NCBI RefSeq assembly: GCF_001194135.2
Contig: NC_068983.1
Span: forward strand, 137,250,945 to 137,314,944
Length of the DNA: 64,000 bases
Direction of reading: 5' to 3'
From: Octopus bimaculoides
Lineage: Eukaryota
In this document: positions 63,957 through 64,000 of the stretch, in pieces
Layout of the letters: each line of letters starts with the position of its first letter
Numbering within the stretch: the first letter of the stretch is position 1
Made by a program: the position numbers and the translations under genes
Notes under the pieces: model-generated
What the model saw: only the letters and a program-made list of their open reading frames with translations
Told to the model about the DNA's origin: nothing
Databases searched by the model: none

Positions 63957-64000
63957 CATCATCATCGTTTAACGTCCGCTTTCCATGCTAGCATGGGTTG

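Larger units (their letters stand above)
1..64000. repeat. abundant microsatellites (TA, CA, GA, TACA, TCCA, ATT, GAT) and assembly gaps
   Basis: Directly visible, for example 3428-3498, 4366-4432, 13370-13675, 14255-14400 and 43948-44003. Most N runs abut microsatellites. Confidence 0.98.

Overview
Eukaryotic, AT-rich, microsatellite- and SINE-dense genomic DNA with several N gaps. The repeat families and microsatellite density suggest an octopus or other coleoid cephalopod (inference). Most of the window is transposon debris: RTE, Dong/R4, CRE and HERO non-LTR elements, a Gypsy relic, mariner, maT (DD37D), hAT, a THAP-bearing PIF/Harbinger-group (ISL2EU-like) element, Helitron/Helentron derivatives, MITEs and several SINE families. 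The main signal lies in the 3' half. Five short, intact, plus-strand reading frames each encode a transposase-type DNA-binding domain: THAP (35584), psq-type HTH (43255), CENP-B/Tigger HTH (50495), FLYWCH (51759) and THAP (60492). Each has its own ATG near the start and ends at a consensus 5' splice donor in the same phase (0), while their acceptor phases disagree. This fits an array of alternative first coding exons (variable N-terminal DNA-binding modules) spliced to a shared constant region that is not visible in the window. That architecture is like clustered protocadherins/UGT1A and is the mirror image of mod(mdg4)/lola. No rRNA, tRNA genes or CRISPR arrays were found.
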